DNA of 64,000 nucleotides, from positions 9,300,001-9,364,000 of the forward strand of contig NC_090363.1 of NCBI RefSeq assembly GCF_035084215.1. Direction: 5' to 3'. The DNA comes from Heptranchias perlo (taxonomy: Eukaryota). Below are positions 61,685 through 64,000 of the stretch, piece by piece; within the stretch, counting starts at the first letter, position 1, and each line of letters opens with the position of its first letter. Under the pieces are notes generated by a model. It saw only the letters and a list, made by a program, of their open reading frames with translations. It was not told the DNA's origin and ran no database searches. The translations under genes were made by a program, and so were the position numbers.

Positions 61685-61975
61685 GGGGGACATAATCTTA
61701 AAATTAGAGCCAGGCCCTTCAGGAGCGAAATCAGGAGGCACTCCTTCACACAAAGGGTAGTGGAAATCTGGGACTCTCTCCCCCCCACCTCCGCAAAAAG
61801 GCTGTGGATACTGAGGGTCAATTGGAGCTTTCAGGACTGAGGTTGTTAGATTTTTGTTGGGTCTCTAGGGATATGGAGCAAAGGTGGGAAAATGGAGTTG
61901 AGGTGCAGGTCAGCCGGGATCTGATTGAATGGCGGAACAGGCCCGAGGGGCTGAATGGCCTCCTTTTGTTCCTGT
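61685..61975 (+). mobile_element. CR1 3' end
   Basis: GHNLKIRARPFRSEIRRHSFTQRVVEIWDSLP. Confidence 0.88.
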
Positions 61976-62245
61976 GTGTGCGTAATCTCTGCTAATGATT
62001 GCACTGCACCGTGTCAGAGGGCAGCACAGTCGCACCAAAAACCGTCCACCCCCAGAGCTCCCTGGCACAAAATAGAGGCCGAGTGTTTCCTTTGCAGTGA
62101 GTGAGAGTAACGTTGGGTCTCTCCTCCCCCCTCCCCCCACCTCTGCTCCCCTCCCCCCATCTCTCCTTCCCTCCTCCCGGCCCGCTCCAAAACTGCTCAC
62201 CAAGTCCTGGGAGTGGGATGCCCGGCTCCTGACTGTGGGTGGTGT

Positions 62246-62638
62246 TTGGGTTGCCAACCCTCCAGGATTGCCCTGGAGTCTCCAGGAATTAAAGACCAAT
62301 CTCCAGGACACTGCTGTGAGCAAAGCACCCTAGGGAGAAAAATCATAGGGGCGGTTAAAAATTGTGTTTATTTTTAAATTGTCTTTGAACGCTTTTGTTT
62401 ATTAGTTATAAAAATTTCGGACATGGGGAGAAAAGGCAGTTTGATTGACAGTCAAGAATCATCCAATCGGGTAATGAAGAGTCGTTTCGCTGTCCAATTG
62501 GCCGTTGGAAGGTGGTGCGCTGGGAGAATGGGCATGTCGGGCGACCAATAAGAGGAGTGTGGGGGCGGGGCAGCCGGAGGCGGGAGGGTCATGTGATGAC
62601 ACCTCCAGGAATATGTCCAACCAGAGTTGACAACCCTA
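62246..62638. mobile_element. hAT-family MITE
   Basis: TIRs T(T)GGGTTGCCAAC / GTTGACAACCCTA; 8-bp TSD GGTGGTGT / GCTGGTGT (7/8). Confidence 0.8.
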
Positions 62639-63039
62639 GCTGGTGTGTGAGGCAAAGCAGCAAAGGGGAATGCGGAGAGAATGCTTTTAACAGTAGGGAG
62701 TCTCGGTCTCACAATTAGCAAAACAAGCCTGGAAAGCAGGGTGGGCCTTGATTACAAGGAGGCGGAGCTTGGGATGACATCAGCGGGGAGGAGGCCCGGG
62801 CAATGAATATGAATATTATGGTATAGGCAGTAACAAAGACGGTACAGTATGTGCTGCAGGCAGGCCAACTCATCTCAACTGAATCACAAGGGAGTAAGAT
62901 TATGCTTCAGTTGTACAGAGCCTTGGTCAAATCCCATCTGGAGTACTGCCTTCAGTTCTGGGCACCGCACCTCAGAAAGGCCTTGGAGAGGGTGCAACAC
63001 AGATTCACCAGAATGACACTGGATTTGACGATCTCATGA

Positions 63040-63410
63040 CCTCCCAAAGCGCTTTACAGCCAATGAAGTACTTGTTTTTGAAGTGTAGTCACTGTTGTAA
63101 TGTAGAGAAACACCTCTACCAATTTGCGCACAGCAAGATCCCACAAACAGCAATGGCAATAATGATCAGATAATCTGATTTTTCGTGATGTTGGTTGAGG
63201 GATAAATATTGACCAGGACGCCGGGGAGAACTCCCCTGCTCTTCTTCGAAATAGCGGGCGTGGGATCTTTTACGTCCGCCTGAGAGGGCAGACGGGGCCT
63301 CGGTTTAACGTCTCATCCGAAAGACGGCACCTCCGACAATGCAGCACTCCCTCAGTACTGCATTGAAGTGTTGTCCTAGGTCATGTGCTCAGTCTCTGGA
63401 GTGGGACCCC
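63040..63410 (-). mobile_element. SacSINE1-like DeuSINE
   Basis: Well-preserved reverse complement of the Deu domain (gacggggcctcggtttaacgtctcatccgaaagacggcacctcc); preceded by a CR1 fragment at 62890-63020. Confidence 0.88.
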
Positions 63411-64000
63411 TCCCCCCACCCCCAGTTGACCACTCATCTGCCGCAGTTTGCAGCTTCTAGAGCAAGGCGGGCCGCCCTAGCTGCACCCCTGTGGCGCAGG
63501 CATCCGCCGGTGGCATTGAAATGAAGGGACTGCCCTCTGACCCCGTGAACTTTGGCGGGGTCGCCGATGAGGATCCCAGATTCATGCCTATGGGATCCCA
63601 ACGTTTATGCTGGGATATGTTGACGGTGAATTTATGGCCCCCTGGTGTGGACCTCGTACACCAAACCATCACTTGCGAACGTATTTGTGCCGTAATAGTG
63701 TCTCCCGATCGGCATTTCGGAAAACTTCTGCGGCAGATGAGATTCCAAAGTTCAGGAATTGTCGTGTGTGACGTCGGGTCAGGAGCAAGTTCTGGTTGAC
63801 GAGTCCCAGCGTTGAGAGGAATGTTGCACAACTTAAATCATGAATGACCCCCTCGACTATCAGTGAGATGTGCCATTATCTCCGTAGAGGGAGGTACATT
63901 CTTAGCTGTAGTAACATAATCATTACACCACTGTACCCGTTAATCTATTAGCTCCTTCAACGATATTCACCTTCTCCATATTTGAGAGTTCCCGGCTGCA

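Noticed and set aside
63420-64000. CpG-containing unique sequence with 102- and 124-aa ORFs and an open minus frame at the window edge
   Set aside because: No recognisable domain or splice support inside the window; may belong to a neighbouring gene's last exon but is undecidable here.

Overview
Eukaryotic, repeat-dense vertebrate DNA. The CR1 and L2 LINEs, SacSINE1-like DeuSINEs, Harbinger elements and MITEs, and Penelope remnants point to a cartilaginous fish (shark); this is an inference from repeat content. Most ORFs in the supplied track are artefacts of repeats. One intact protein-coding gene can be rebuilt by hand on the + strand from 5 exons with GT-AG sites and matching phases (31509-31596, 39331-39729, 40137-40301, 42452-42531, 44220-44366; 879 nt, 292 aa). 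It encodes a signal peptide, a single heavily N-glycosylated IgV domain lacking the canonical B-F disulfide (CEACAM-N/HEPACAM/VSTM5/CD2 type), a Ser/Thr stalk, a transmembrane helix, and a cytoplasmic tail with EVTYSYL and NIYAFV tyrosine motifs spaced as in CEACAM1-L. It is a probable inhibitory immune receptor, and skipping exon 4 would give a CEACAM1-S-like short tail. The rest of the window is transposon debris: an LTR with a tRNA-Asn-like PBS and a related solo LTR, three Harbinger Myb/SANT lineages (one inserted into itself and carrying CR1 cargo), twin-priming-type inversions, a 339-bp intronic inverted repeat, a complex local duplication/inversion, several minisatellites and two N gaps. 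All alignments were done by eye, so repeat boundaries are approximate.
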